The notes: generated from the sequence alone by a model not told the origin. A DNA stretch of 64,000 nt from Gammaproteobacteria bacterium (GCA_965222155.1 CBDCTH010000012.1:928001-992000); one strand, 5' to 3'; numbered from the stretch's first letter, positions 10,352 through 21,032 are shown. Numbers and translations: made by a program.

Positions 10352-10521
10352 CAGGTGCTCCCGCTAAATCGAGGTCAATACAGTGATTATAGTCGAAGAC
10401 AGGGGGACAGATTTAAATCTGTCCCCCAGGAGATAAGGGGGCCTGTTTCCCTGGGAGGGAGGGGTCTCGCCCTCCACGAGGGCAGGATGCCCTCGGTCCC
10501 GGGAGTTAGCGGGAACTGCTG
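10352..10521. mobile_element. MITE family B with 9-bp TSD CTTTAACGG (same insertion repeated at 11442-11607 and 12517-12694; truncated at ~6679-6789, ~7536-7646, ~8405-8523)
   Basis: TIRs plus identical 9-mers on both sides; the same element is free-standing at 45150-45327 with a different TSD. Confidence 0.85.
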
Positions 10522-10662
10522 CTTTAACGGTTCAGGGGAACAGGCCAACCGCCTACGTTTATATAAATTTACTATCTCCAAACAGGCTCTCCGCCCGTCT
10601 TGCATCACGCCACCCGGCCTGCTTGCGTTTCCCCCAAGGATAAAAGGGGTCGCCGACCCCCT

Positions 10663-11369
10663 TTATTCAAACACCCGGGGTGTAAAGTCCGTATCATTGA
10701 TGATACAGGCACTGCTGCCGGTGGCCCGGATGACATACAACCCCTGCCGCTGTGCATACACCTCCGCGGCCTGCTCTGCCTGCAAATACGCCACTGCACC
10801 GTAGACCTGCTTGCCCCGGTACACCGGTTGATACTCCATGAACCTCCCCAGCTTGGCCAGAAACCGCTTCACGTGCTCGACGTTCAACGTGGTCTTCACC
10901 TCCACCACCACCAGCTCCGCCCCGTTCCCGGCCAGGATGTCAAACTCATAATGCTCGCCATTGCGCCGACCCTTCACCCGGGGATAGGTGGACTCCACCC
11001 TGATGCCACGCGCCTGCAACAGCGCCACCAGGTCCCCCTCCACCAGACTTTCCATCAGCTTGCCCCACTGCGTTGTAAACAACCCTTCCAGCTTCTTCAT
11101 CCGCTTATCGATGCGCCGGTCGGTCTCCTTCATCTGCCGGTCAGTCTCCTTCATTTGCCGATCGGTCTCTCCTTCATCTGCCGATCTGTTTCCTCCATCC
11201 GTTGTTCGATGCGGCGGTCGGTCTCCTTAAACAGTTTCCATATCTCTGCTATCTCCCGAGCAGATTTCATCCTCTGCTGTTCTGTTTCTTCCTGCTTCTC
11301 GGAGACCTCTCGCAGGATAGCCCAGATCTCTTCAGGGGTGGCGGGTTCTCGATGCAGTTTGTTTTCCAT
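10663..11369 (-). pseudogene. Array copy 6, frameshifted (+2 nt) within the coiled-coil repeats
   Basis: GGTCTCTCCTTC at ~11164-11175 versus GGTCTCCTTC in intact repeats; length 707 = 705 + 2; split into 72-aa and 163-aa ORFs. Confidence 0.8.
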
Positions 11370-11748
11370 GATGACTTCCTCCTTTTCAGTTCAGGTAGCG
11401 TTTAAGAATAACCAGTATAACAAATTTCCTGACTTTAACGGCAGGTGCTCCCGCTAAATCGAGGTCAATACAGTAATGTTTGCCGGATTCGAAGACAGGG
11501 GGACAGATTTAAATCTGTATAAGGGGGCCTGTTTCCCTGGGAGGGAGGGGTCTCGCCCTCCACGAGGGCAGGATGCCCTCGGTCCCGGGAGTTAGCGGGA
11601 ACTGCTGCTTTAACGGTTCAGGGGAACAGGCCAACCGCCTACGTTTATATAAATTTACTATCTCCAAACAGGCTCTCCGCCCGTCTTGCATCACGCCACC
11701 CGGCCTGCTTGCGTTTCCCCCAAGGATAAAAGGGGTCGCCGACCCCCT

Positions 11749-12444
11749 TTATTCAAACACCCGGGGTGTAAAGTCCGTATCATTGATGATACAGGCACTG
11801 CTGCCGGTGGCCCGGATGACATACAACCCCTGCCGCTGTGCATACACCTCCGCGGCCTGCTCTGCCTGCAAATACGCCACTGCACCGTAGACCTGCTTGC
11901 CCCGGTACACCGGTTGATACTCCATGAACCTCCCCAGCTTGGCCAGAAACCGCTTCACGTGCTCGACGTTCAACGTGGTCTTCACCTCCACCACCACCAG
12001 CTCCGCCCCGTTCCCGGCCAGGATGTCAAACTCATAATGCTCGCCATTGCGCCGACCCTTCACCCGGGGATAGGTGGACTCCACCCGGATGCCACGCGCC
12101 TGCAACAGCGCCACCAGGTCCCCCTCCACCAGACTTTCCATCAGCTTGCCCCACTGCGTTGTAAACAACCCTTCCAGCTTCTTCATCCGCTTATCGATGC
12201 GCCGGTCGGTCTCCTTCATCTGCTTATCGATGCGCCGGTCGGTCTCCTTCATTTGCCGATCGGTTTCCTCCATCCGTTGTTCGATGCGGCGGTCGGTCTC
12301 CTTAAACAGTTTCCATATCTCTGCTATCTCCTGAGCAGATTTCATCCTCTGCTGTTCTGTTTCTTCCTGCTTCTCGGAGACCTCTCGCAGGATAGCCCAG
12401 ATCTCTTCAGGGGTGGCGGGTTCTTGAAGCAGTTTGTTTTCCAT
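11749..12444 (-). CDS. Coiled-coil + PD-(D/E)xK protein, array copy 7 (231 aa)
   Basis: Near-identical paralog; same stalk as copy 1, N-terminus as copy 3. Confidence 0.85.
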   Translation of the reverse strand: MENKLLQEPATPEEIWAILREVSEKQEETEQQRMKSAQEIAEIWKLFKETDRRIEQRMEETDRQMKETDRRIDKQMKETDRRIDKRMKKLEGLFTTQWGKLMESLVEGDLVALLQARGIRVESTYPRVKGRRNGEHYEFDILAGNGAELVVVEVKTTLNVEHVKRFLAKLGRFMEYQPVYRGKQVYGAVAYLQAEQAAEVYAQRQGLYVIRATGSSACIINDTDFTPRVFE

Positions 12445-12834
12445 GATGACTTCCTCCTTTTCAGTTCAGGTAGCGTTTAAGAATAACCAGTATAACAAAT
12501 TTCCTGACTTTAACGGCAGGTGCTCCCGCTAAATCGAGGTCAATACAGTAATGTTTGCCGGATTCGAAGACAGGGGGGACAGATTTAAATCTGTCCCCCA
12601 GGAGATAAGGGGGCCTGTTTCCCTGGGAGGGAGGGCGTCTCGCCCTCCACGAGTGCAGGATATCCTCGGTCCCGGGAGTTAGCGGGAACTGCTGCTTTAA
12701 CGGTTCAGGGGAACAGGCCAACCGCCTACTTTTATATAAATTTACTATCTCCAAACAGGCTCTCCGCCCGTCTTGCATCACGCTACCCGGCCTGCTTGCG
12801 TTTCCCCAAGGATAAAAGGGGTCGCCGACCCCCT

Positions 12835-13485
12835 TTATTCAAACACCCGGGGTGTAAAGTCCGTATCATTGATGATACAGGCACTGCTGCCGGTGGCCCG
12901 GATGACATACAACCCCTGCCGCTGTGCATACACCTCCGCGGCCTGCTCTGCCTGCAAATACGCCACTGCACCGTAGACCTGCTTGCCCCGGTACACCGGT
13001 TGATACGCCATGAACCTCCCCAGCTTGGCCAGAAACCGCTTCACGTGCTCGACGTTCAACGTGGTCTTTACCTCCACCACCACCAGCTCCGCCCCGTTCC
13101 CGGCCAGGATGTCAAACTCATAATGCTCGCCATTGCGCCGACCCTTCACCCGCGGATAGGTGGACTCCACCCTGATGCCACGCGCCTGCAACAGCGCCAC
13201 CAGGTCCCCCTCCACCAGACTTTCCATCAGCTTGCCCCACTGCGTTGTAAACAACCCTTCCAGCTTCTTCATCCGCTTATCGATGCGCCGGTCGGTCTCC
13301 TTCATCTGCCGATCGGTTTCCTTCATCCGCCAGTCGGTCTCCTTCATCCGTTCACGAAGCTCCTCCATTTCCTGGTCAGCTTTTCTCCTCTGTTCTTGCG
13401 CTTCTTTTTGCTTCTCTGAGACCTCTCGCAGGATAGCCCAGATCTCTTCAGGGGTGGCAGGTGCTCGATGTAGTTCATTTTCCAT
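12835..13485 (-). CDS. Coiled-coil + PD-(D/E)xK protein, array copy 8 (216 aa; most divergent stalk, unique upstream region)
   Basis: Same nuclease domain; stalk KEAQEQRRKADQEMEELRERM. Confidence 0.85.
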   Translation of the reverse strand: MENELHRAPATPEEIWAILREVSEKQKEAQEQRRKADQEMEELRERMKETDWRMKETDRQMKETDRRIDKRMKKLEGLFTTQWGKLMESLVEGDLVALLQARGIRVESTYPRVKGRRNGEHYEFDILAGNGAELVVVEVKTTLNVEHVKRFLAKLGRFMAYQPVYRGKQVYGAVAYLQAEQAAEVYAQRQGLYVIRATGSSACIINDTDFTPRVFE

Positions 13486-13617
13486 GATGACTTCCTCCTT
13501 TTCAGTTCAGGTGACGTTCAAGAATAACAGAATAGCCAATGTACAACAAATTTCAGTGTTTTCCAACAGGAGTATTTTCCAATATGAAATGCGCCTGAAA
13601 CAGTCTGCGTTTCTGCT

Positions 13618-13946
13618 CATTGCGCCCATCCCCCTGCTCAACTCCATACAGAGCTTGCCCCTGCGGTTGTAAGCAGGGGGGCAGGCTCTGTGCGCAACCC
13701 TCAGGCGGCTCCGCCATGCACAAATTTGCCTGGGGCAAATATGAACAGTCGAGCCACGCGAGACTGGCCCCAACGGGGCAAAGTACAGGACGTACTTTGT
13801 AAATCGTTTGTCCTGACGATTTGTCATGATAGGAGGATGAAAATGGGAAAAAAAGGGACAGATTTATTTTTACTCGGTCTTCCCAAGCCACATTTCCTCT
13901 GTGATCTCCGTCCCCTCTCGGGCAAAAATAAATCTGTCCCCTTTTT
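13618..13946. repeat. Cluster of nested hairpin repeats and a GGGACAGATTTATTTT inverted pair
   Basis: A ~70 bp CATTGCGCCCATCC...CAAAT element (cf. 4611-4683) is interrupted by the CCCCTGC...GCAGGGG element seen inverted at ~4813-4876; inverted pair at ~13851-13870 / 13925-13945. Confidence 0.65.
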
Positions 13947-14046
13947 CCACATAGGTAAGTAAGTCCCAAATACTGGAATTTGGCGGCTTTTTACTGGTAT
14001 CATGGGTACCCTCTTTACTGATTTACTCCTCCAGAGGGACCGATTC

Positions 14047-16299
14047 ATGCCGGAAAATCTTACCTTGGATTTCGAACGCAGCGAAACCCAACCTTTATAC
14101 GAATTTACAGAAAAAGCATACCTGGACTACTCCATGTACGTCATTCTGGACCGAGCCTTGCCCCATATCGGCGATGGTTTGAAGCCGGTACAGAGACGAA
14201 TCATCTACGCCATGTCCGAACTGGGCCTGAGCGCGGCCTCCAAATTCAAGAAATCGGCCCGCACGGTGGGGGACGTTATCGGCAAGTTCCATCCTCACGG
14301 GGACAGCGCCTGTTATGAGGCCATGGTGCTGATGGCGCAGGATTTCAGTTACCGCTATCCCATCGTCGACGGCCAGGGCAACTGGGGTTCCATGGACGAT
14401 CCCAAGTCTTTCGCGGCCATGCGCTATACGGAATCCAAGCTGAAGCCCTACAGCCAGGTATTGCTGGCGGAGCTGGGACAGGGAACCGTTGACTGGACCC
14501 CCAATTTTGACGGCACCCTGCAGGAGCCGAAATTATTGCCTGCGCGGCTGCCCAACATATTATTGAACGGCGCCACGGGGATTGCCGTCGGCATGGCTAC
14601 GGATATCCCCCCCCATAACCTGAGGGAGGTGGCCGGCGCTTGTATTCACCTGCTGGAGCAGCCCCGCAGTACGGTCGAGGAATTGTTCGACTATATCAAA
14701 GGCCCGGATTTTCCCACCGAGGCGGAGATCATCACACCGGCGCATGAGCTGCTGGAGATCTATCGCAACGGCAACGGTTCCGTGAAACTGCGGGCCAGGT
14801 GGGAGAAGGAGGGGGGGAATGTCATCGTCACCGCGTTGCCTTACCAGACCTCCGGCAACAAGATACTGGAGCAGGTGGCTGCGCAGATGCAGGCGAAGAA
14901 ATTGCCGATGCTGGAAGACCTGCGCGATGAATCCGACCATGAAAACCCGACCCGGCTCGTGTTCATCCCGCGCTCCAACCGGGTCAACCTGACCGAACTG
15001 ATGTCGCACCTGTTCGCCACGACCGACCTGGAACGCAGTTACCGGGTCAACCTGAACATGATCGGCGTCAACGGCCGGCCCCATGTCAAGGACCTCAAGA
15101 CTATCCTGAAGGAGTGGTTGCAGTATCGTACCGAGACGGTGCGCCGGCGCCTGCAGCACCGTCTGGAACAGGTTGAACAGCGGGTTCATGTGCTGGAAGG
15201 CCTGATGACGGCTTACCTGAACATCGATGAAGTGATCAGGATCGTGCGCGAGGAAGACCACCCCAAACAGGAATTGATGCGGCGGTTTCAGTTGTCCGAG
15301 GTACAGGCGGAGGCCATTCTCGACCTCAGGTTGCGGCGTCTGGCCAAGCTGGAGGAAATCAAGATCCGGGGCGAACTGGACGAACTGCAGGAAGAAAGAG
15401 AATCCCTGCAGCTGATACTGGGTTCGGCTGCCCGTCTCAGAACCCTGGTAAAAGAAGAAATCAGGGGGGACATGGAAAAGTACGGCGATGCGCGGCGTTC
15501 TCCCCTGGAGCAGCGTGAAGAAGCCAGGGCGATGGACGAGACCCAGTTGATGCCCACGGAACCGGTTACGATTATCCTGTCTGAGAAGGGCTGGGTCAGG
15601 GCTGCGAAAGGCCATGATATCGACCCGGAGACCCTGAATTACCGGGCCGGCGACAATTTCCGGCAGGCTGCAATGGGGCGCAGCAACCAGCAGGCCGTAT
15701 TTCTGGATTCGACCGGGCGCTGCTATTCCATCCCCAGCCACGTTTTACCGTCGGCGCGCAGTCATGGCGAACCGGTGTCCAGTTGGGTGACGCCGCCGGA
15801 CGGCGCCGTCTTTATCGGTATCATGCTGGGTGAAAACGACAACCGGTATTTCCTTGCCAGTGACGCAGGTTACGGGTTTGTCGCAAGACTGGGAGATCTG
15901 TACGTCAAGGCGAAAGCCGGCAAGGCTGTGTTGAACGTTCCGCAGTCAGCTTTAATATTGCCTCCGGCGCCGGTATCGGACCACGCAGAAGACCTGGTAG
16001 CCGCCGTCAGTTCCGAAGGCCGCTTGCTGGTCACGGATTTATCCGAATTTCCACAACTGGTCAAGGGCAAGGGGATCAAGGTGATGCAAATTTCACCGGC
16101 CAGGCTGAAGAACCGCGAGGAATACCTGGTTGCGCTCACTGTTTTCGGAAAAAAAGATGCGCTGATCCTGGAGTCCCGTAAACGCCACCTGACCTTGAAA
16201 CCGAAGGACTGGAAGCAGTATCATAGCGAGCGCGGGCGGCGCGGCAATGTCCTGCCGCGGGGCTATCGGCAGGTATCAACAATCAAACCAAAAAAATAA
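14047..16299 (+). CDS. parC: DNA topoisomerase IV subunit A
   Basis: [49 protein letters not shown]; start moved to MPENL. Confidence 0.97.
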   Translation: MPENLTLDFERSETQPLYEFTEKAYLDYSMYVILDRALPHIGDGLKPVQRRIIYAMSELGLSAASKFKKSARTVGDVIGKFHPHGDSACYEAMVLMAQDFSYRYPIVDGQGNWGSMDDPKSFAAMRYTESKLKPYSQVLLAELGQGTVDWTPNFDGTLQEPKLLPARLPNILLNGATGIAVGMATDIPPHNLREVAGACIHLLEQPRSTVEELFDYIKGPDFPTEAEIITPAHELLEIYRNGNGSVKLRARWEKEGGNVIVTALPYQTSGNKILEQVAAQMQAKKLPMLEDLRDESDHENPTRLVFIPRSNRVNLTELMSHLFATTDLERSYRVNLNMIGVNGRPHVKDLKTILKEWLQYRTETVRRRLQHRLEQVEQRVHVLEGLMTAYLNIDEVIRIVREEDHPKQELMRRFQLSEVQAEAILDLRLRRLAKLEEIKIRGELDELQEERESLQLILGSAARLRTLVKEEIRGDMEKYGDARRSPLEQREEARAMDETQLMPTEPVTIILSEKGWVRAAKGHDIDPETLNYRAGDNFRQAAMGRSNQQAVFLDSTGRCYSIPSHVLPSARSHGEPVSSWVTPPDGAVFIGIMLGENDNRYFLASDAGYGFVARLGDLYVKAKAGKAVLNVPQSALILPPAPVSDHAEDLVAAVSSEGRLLVTDLSEFPQLVKGKGIKVMQISPARLKNREEYLVALTVFGKKDALILESRKRHLTLKPKDWKQYHSERGRRGNVLPRGYRQVSTIKPKK

Positions 16300-16305
16300 T
16301 AATCC

Positions 16306-16875
16306 ATGGCTAACTACGGCACCAATGAATTCAAGCCAGGCTTGAAGCTGACCATTGACGGCGACCCCTGTTCCATTCTTGAGAGCGAATTTGTCAAGCC
16401 GGGCAAGGGCCAGGCGTTCACCCGCATCAAGATTCGCAACCTGAAAACCGGCAGGGTGCTGGAAAAGACCTGTAAATCGGGGGAGAGCCTGCCGGCTGCC
16501 GACGTAATGGATTTGGAACTGCAGTACCTTTATAACGATGGTGAGTTGTGGTACTTCATGGATACCAGCAATTTTGAGCAGATCGAAGCCGACCGGGCGG
16601 CGCTGGGCAATGCCGACCTGTGGCTGACCGGTGAAGAGATGTGCGGAGTTACCTTATGGAATGGCGCGCCGCTGAGCGTCCAGCCGCCCAACTTCGTCGA
16701 ACTCAGGATCACCGAAACCGACCCGGGCCTACGCGGAGACACCGCCGCCGGGGGCACAAAACCGGCCACCCTGGAAACCGGCGCTACCGTCAAGGTTCCC
16801 CTGTTTGTCGAGCAGGATGAGAAAATCAAGGTGGACACCCGCACAGGTGAATACGTGAGTCGCGTGAAAAACTGA
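16306..16875 (+). CDS. efp: Elongation factor P
   Basis: [30 protein letters not shown]. Confidence 0.97.
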   Translation: MANYGTNEFKPGLKLTIDGDPCSILESEFVKPGKGQAFTRIKIRNLKTGRVLEKTCKSGESLPAADVMDLELQYLYNDGELWYFMDTSNFEQIEADRAALGNADLWLTGEEMCGVTLWNGAPLSVQPPNFVELRITETDPGLRGDTAAGGTKPATLETGATVKVPLFVEQDEKIKVDTRTGEYVSRVKN

Positions 16876-17117
16876 CTCGCGTATTTCACCGGGTTGTATA
16901 TAAGTTCAGAAACATCTTGCACTATGCGGAGGAGGAAGAGTAGTGCAATCGGGATTTGATGGTTGTCCCAAATTTTAATTAAATTATCCTTATATTTTTT
17001 ATTGTGTAAACATCAAAATAGAGACAGGGTATGACTATGCTGGCAGCAGAAGATACTTGTAGCTGGATATTCAGATTCAGATGACAGATCTTCATGTTAC
17101 CTATAATCTTCTTGTAC

Positions 17118-17573
17118 ATGCCCATTCCGACTCTTGATAAACACGGACTTCTACCTCTTGGCGTATATGACTGTACGCTGCAGGAAATTAAGGAAGCTTT
17201 TGTTGGAAACATACAGCGAAGACAACTATTTGATAATTTTCTGAACTGTTTGAGTGATGAAATTCGTCCATTATTCGATAGTCCTATTTATATCAACGGT
17301 AGTTTCGTTATGGACAAAGATCGCCCGGAAGATGTCGATGTCGTCCTCGATTTAGAAGACACGCCTGATGAAAAGAAATGGGCAGGTTTGATGTTTATGA
17401 ACAATCATCAGAATAGATTATTAATTGAATATCAGGTCCATTTCTGGATAAATTTTGCAACTCCGGGATGTTCTGATTTTTCCGTATTTTTTCAGTATAT
17501 CGGTGTCAAGACCGCCAGATTCAAAGGCCTGAATCCCAAGCACCTCAAAGGCATACTCAGGATAGTCCGATGA
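17118..17573 (+). CDS. Polbeta-like minimal nucleotidyltransferase (DUF6932-like)
   Basis: MPIP...GLLPLGVYDCTL.EI N-terminus, INGSFV..K.RPEDVDVV (GS...DxD) motif, KGILRI C-terminus. Confidence 0.7.
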   Translation: MPIPTLDKHGLLPLGVYDCTLQEIKEAFVGNIQRRQLFDNFLNCLSDEIRPLFDSPIYINGSFVMDKDRPEDVDVVLDLEDTPDEKKWAGLMFMNNHQNRLLIEYQVHFWINFATPGCSDFSVFFQYIGVKTARFKGLNPKHLKGILRIVR

Positions 17574-18571
17574 ATGAATGGACCGAAGCAGTGGAAGCAA
17601 AAGCTCGGATAATTCACGAGCAACTTGCCTCGGCACGCGCCATCGCAGAGAGAAACGGATCCAGTGCCGACGAAATAACTCAGCCATATCTGGACTTGCT
17701 GGGAAGTCTTTATCGAGACGAATTTGTCTTTGCCCAACTTATAGACACATCTGATTTAGTTGTTCGATTCACTGGACCAGCTGTTTCCAGCGTCGATCCT
17801 ACCGTAACAATTGTCACTTCGTTATTCAATACCCTGCGGAATCAGATCCGAGGTGTTATCAAGTCCATAATCGGCCTCAGTGGCGACGAAAATGTAAAAT
17901 GGCCTTCTGAGCTCGATCCGCACCTATCCGGCCTTGCACACGGAAGCCTTGTCGTTGGCATCAGCATCCATCCGCCAGATGAAGGGAGTAACTATGGGCA
18001 GGTGAAAGTTCCAGGCGTTTCATGGGAAGTTGTGGAGTCCATCCGGGGCGCGGTCAGAAGTATAGCGACTGTCGCGCGCCACGTTCATGAAGACCGCATT
18101 GATGAAAATGCTATTCAATCTGATGTTCCGGACCCTGCAATCCGAGATACCGTAATGGTTGCCGCAAGTAAACTGGCACCATCAGGGCGGAAAGGTTATG
18201 ATAGCGTGGCTTTCTACGAACCTAGAGAGACAGGAGTCGAAGCACCGTTGTTAACGGTTCGATCTCGCAGAATGCTCAATCAGTCTCTTACTCGTTCCGT
18301 TCGTGTCAGTGGGCAGGGGAGCTTTGAAGGCGTCGTTCGAGCGATAGATCTGGACACGAGGCGGTTTGAGATACGTAATGTGAAAGATATCGGTGCGATC
18401 AGATGCATGTATGAGCCAAGCCAGCAAGAATCTGCAAAGAACGTCCTCGATCGCCGAATACGGGTTGACGGGAATTATGAAACCATGGAAAACCAAAAAC
18501 CCAGGCTGATTGCCGTGACCTCTATCAAAGTACTTGATGCTCCAATCCAGCAAGACAATTTAAAACTCTAA
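17570..18571 (+). CDS. Hypothetical protein, translationally coupled to the nucleotidyltransferase; possible C-terminal OB-like domain
   Basis: 333-aa ORF with ATGA overlap; C-terminal beta-rich FEGVVRAIDLDTRRFEIR...IRVDG. Confidence 0.7.
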   Translation: MNEWTEAVEAKARIIHEQLASARAIAERNGSSADEITQPYLDLLGSLYRDEFVFAQLIDTSDLVVRFTGPAVSSVDPTVTIVTSLFNTLRNQIRGVIKSIIGLSGDENVKWPSELDPHLSGLAHGSLVVGISIHPPDEGSNYGQVKVPGVSWEVVESIRGAVRSIATVARHVHEDRIDENAIQSDVPDPAIRDTVMVAASKLAPSGRKGYDSVAFYEPRETGVEAPLLTVRSRRMLNQSLTRSVRVSGQGSFEGVVRAIDLDTRRFEIRNVKDIGAIRCMYEPSQQESAKNVLDRRIRVDGNYETMENQKPRLIAVTSIKVLDAPIQQDNLKL

Positions 18572-18701
18572 ATATCAGATTATGGATGAACTGTGCCATC
18601 AACGACACTACACTGACACTGTCAGGCTATTACTTTCTCCAAAGTGATCACGTCGGATACCGCCGTCAGTTTGAACCTGTCGGACAACATTGTCAGTGGG
18701 G

Positions 18702-18738
18702 TAACCCGGATATTGCACCAGTGTATGCGATGATCGCG
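18702..18738. mobile_element. Degenerate single end of MITE family A
   Basis: TAACCCGGATATTGCACCAGTGTATGCGATGATCGCG resembles the first ~37 nt of the family. Confidence 0.55.
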
Positions 18739-19047
18739 GGTCTGCCCGCCACCCAAGGAATCTTCACCACCTGACCCCGGCTGGCGTGTACGCGGTCTCC
18801 CTGATTGGGTCCAGCCGCCCAGTTACGCCATCCGGTATCGTATAACTACGCGGTTATCCGCTCTTTTTCCAAACCTCCACAGACTATTCAGCCAACCGCC
18901 ATCACGTTGTATCAGACTACTGTCTCCTTTGATAATACTTTGAAAAGGCATTGGAATCTCGCGCTCACATTATTGCCCGTTCCGTAGTAGAATTGGACTA
19001 GCGTGAATGAGGCGTTAAAAGGATATTAATCCTATTATACTGTTTAA

Positions 19048-20997
19048 ATGCAAACTCCAGCAGATATCCTTGGCAAGCAGGGCGTACTGTCGGGTTTAGT
19101 CCGCGATTACTCTGTCAGGCCGCAGCAGGTAGAGATGGCAGAGGCCATCCGGGAGGCGATAGATAACCGGGAATCACTGATTTGTGAAGCGGGCACCGGC
19201 ACGGGCAAAACCTTTGCCTATCTGGTCCCGGCGCTCCAGTCCGGCTACAAGGTGATCATCTCCACCGGCACCCGGCATTTGCAGGATCAACTGTTTACCA
19301 GGGATCTGCCGCTGGTGCGGGAAGCCGTCGGACGGCCGCTGAACGTTGCGTTGCTGAAGGGGCGGGCCAACTACCTGTGCCTGCATCGCCTGGGACAAGC
19401 TGAGTTCGACTCGCGCCGCCTCGACCGGCAGGCAAAGCATTACCTGGCCGATATTCGCGCCTGGTCGCAACAGACCGACAGCGGCGACCTAGCCGAGCTA
19501 TCCCATATTCCGGAAGACGCCTCGGTCAGACCGGCCTGTGTTTCCTCCGTCGATAACTGCCTGGGACAGGAATGTGATTTTTACGATGACTGTTTCGTGT
19601 TCCGCGCCCGCCGCCGCGCCGTTGAGGCGGACCTGGCCGTGGTCAACCACCACCTGTTCCTGGCGGATATGGTATTGAAGGAGGCCGGTTACGGTGAGTT
19701 GTTGCCCAGCGCGGAGGTGGTCATTTTCGATGAGGCGCACCAGTTGCCGGAACTGGCTTCACAGTTTTTCAGCGAGACCCTGAGCAGCCGGCAACTGCTG
19801 GAACTGGCCTCCGACTCCAGGACGGCTTATTTTGAGGAAGCGGCGGACTTGCCTGATTTTCCAGGGATGCTGGGCCACTGCGAGAAAGCAATACGCGACT
19901 TGCGCCTGAGCTTTTCCAGTGAGGACAAGCGGGTTGCCTGGGCCGGACTGAAGGAAACAGCGGACGTCTCCGCTGCTTTGTCGACGTTGCTGGACAAGAT
20001 GGATGCCGTCTACCAGGTGCTGGAGGACTTTGCCGACAGGGGCAAGTCACTGGATAACTGTTATAAGCGGACGGAGGCGGCGTTGGCGTTTCTCGGCCAG
20101 TTCAATGACAGGGAGGAGGCTGAATATATCTGCTGGCTGGAACTGCGCGACAACGGGTTTTTCCTGCACCGGACGCCCCTGGACATAGCCGACGTCTTCC
20201 GCATGCGCATAAATGACTACGAGTGCCTGAGTATATTTACATCCGCCACCCTGAGCGTGAACCGCGAGTTTGACCATTTCTCATCCCAACTGGGGCTGGA
20301 ACAGGTCGAAGCCAGGAGTTGGGACAGCCCGTTCGATTTCAACACCCAGTCGCTGTTGTATCTGCCCCGCGGCCTGCCTGATCCGAGAACGTCAGATTTT
20401 ACCGCAAACCTGGTCGAAAAATCGCTCCCACTGCTACGGCTGACCAGGGGACGCGCTTTTTTCCTGTTTACCAGCCATCGCGCCCTGCGCCAGGCAGCCG
20501 GATTGGTCGGAGATGCGCTGGATTATCCCATCCTGGTGCAAGGGGATGCGCCCCGCACCGAACTGCTGGAAACATTCAGGACCACTCCCCACGCGGTATT
20601 GCTGGGCACCAGCAGTTTCTGGGAAGGGGTGGACGTCCGGGGGCAGGCCCTGTCCTGCGTGATCATTGATAAACTGCCGTTTGCCGCGCCCGGTGACCCG
20701 GTATTGAACGCAAGACTGACCCGGATGGAGGAACAGGGGAGAAATCCGTTCATGGAATACCAGGTGCCGGAAGCGGTGCTGGCGCTGAAGCAGGGAATCG
20801 GTCGGCTGCTCAGGGACAAGAGCGATTACGGGGTGCTGATGATCGGCGACCCCAGGTTGAGAACAAAACCTTACGGCAGGATTTTCCTGAACAGCCTGCC
20901 GGAGATGAAATACACGGAGGAATTAAGCGACATAGAGGACTTTTTTCAGCTACATGAGGCAACACGCCAGGATGGCCCTGTCGTTAACACGAATTGA
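19048..20997 (+). CDS. yoaA: DinG/XPD-family Fe-S DNA helicase (YoaA-like)
   Basis: EAGTGTGKT, LKGRANYLC, DEAH, SFWEGVD, QGIGRLLR. Confidence 0.9.
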   Translation: MQTPADILGKQGVLSGLVRDYSVRPQQVEMAEAIREAIDNRESLICEAGTGTGKTFAYLVPALQSGYKVIISTGTRHLQDQLFTRDLPLVREAVGRPLNVALLKGRANYLCLHRLGQAEFDSRRLDRQAKHYLADIRAWSQQTDSGDLAELSHIPEDASVRPACVSSVDNCLGQECDFYDDCFVFRARRRAVEADLAVVNHHLFLADMVLKEAGYGELLPSAEVVIFDEAHQLPELASQFFSETLSSRQLLELASDSRTAYFEEAADLPDFPGMLGHCEKAIRDLRLSFSSEDKRVAWAGLKETADVSAALSTLLDKMDAVYQVLEDFADRGKSLDNCYKRTEAALAFLGQFNDREEAEYICWLELRDNGFFLHRTPLDIADVFRMRINDYECLSIFTSATLSVNREFDHFSSQLGLEQVEARSWDSPFDFNTQSLLYLPRGLPDPRTSDFTANLVEKSLPLLRLTRGRAFFLFTSHRALRQAAGLVGDALDYPILVQGDAPRTELLETFRTTPHAVLLGTSSFWEGVDVRGQALSCVIIDKLPFAAPGDPVLNARLTRMEEQGRNPFMEYQVPEAVLALKQGIGRLLRDKSDYGVLMIGDPRLRTKPYGRIFLNSLPEMKYTEELSDIEDFFQLHEATRQDGPVVNTN

Positions 20998-21032
20998 CGT
21001 TCCAGGACACCATTGCCATTTGCGAAAGTTTA

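Noticed and set aside
5349-12834. CRISPR array or integron cassette array interpretation of the repeated spacers
   Set aside because: The repeats separate near-identical genes rather than unique spacers or cassettes. They have TIRs and 9-bp TSDs typical of a MITE, and no cas or intI gene is present.
5911-13485. Diversity-generating retroelement or shufflon as the source of variation
   Set aside because: No reverse transcriptase or recombinase in the window, no inverted cassettes, and the differences are module indels and shared polymorphisms rather than adenine-specific changes.
5872-13672. Plus-strand ORFs of 140-285 aa across the array
   Set aside because: Antisense shadows of the nuclease genes, repeated only because the genes are repeated; no motifs or SD.
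18586-18987. Two ~60-aa ORFs between the nucleotidyltransferase pair and yoaA
   Set aside because: No motifs; one spans a MITE end; probably degraded sequence.
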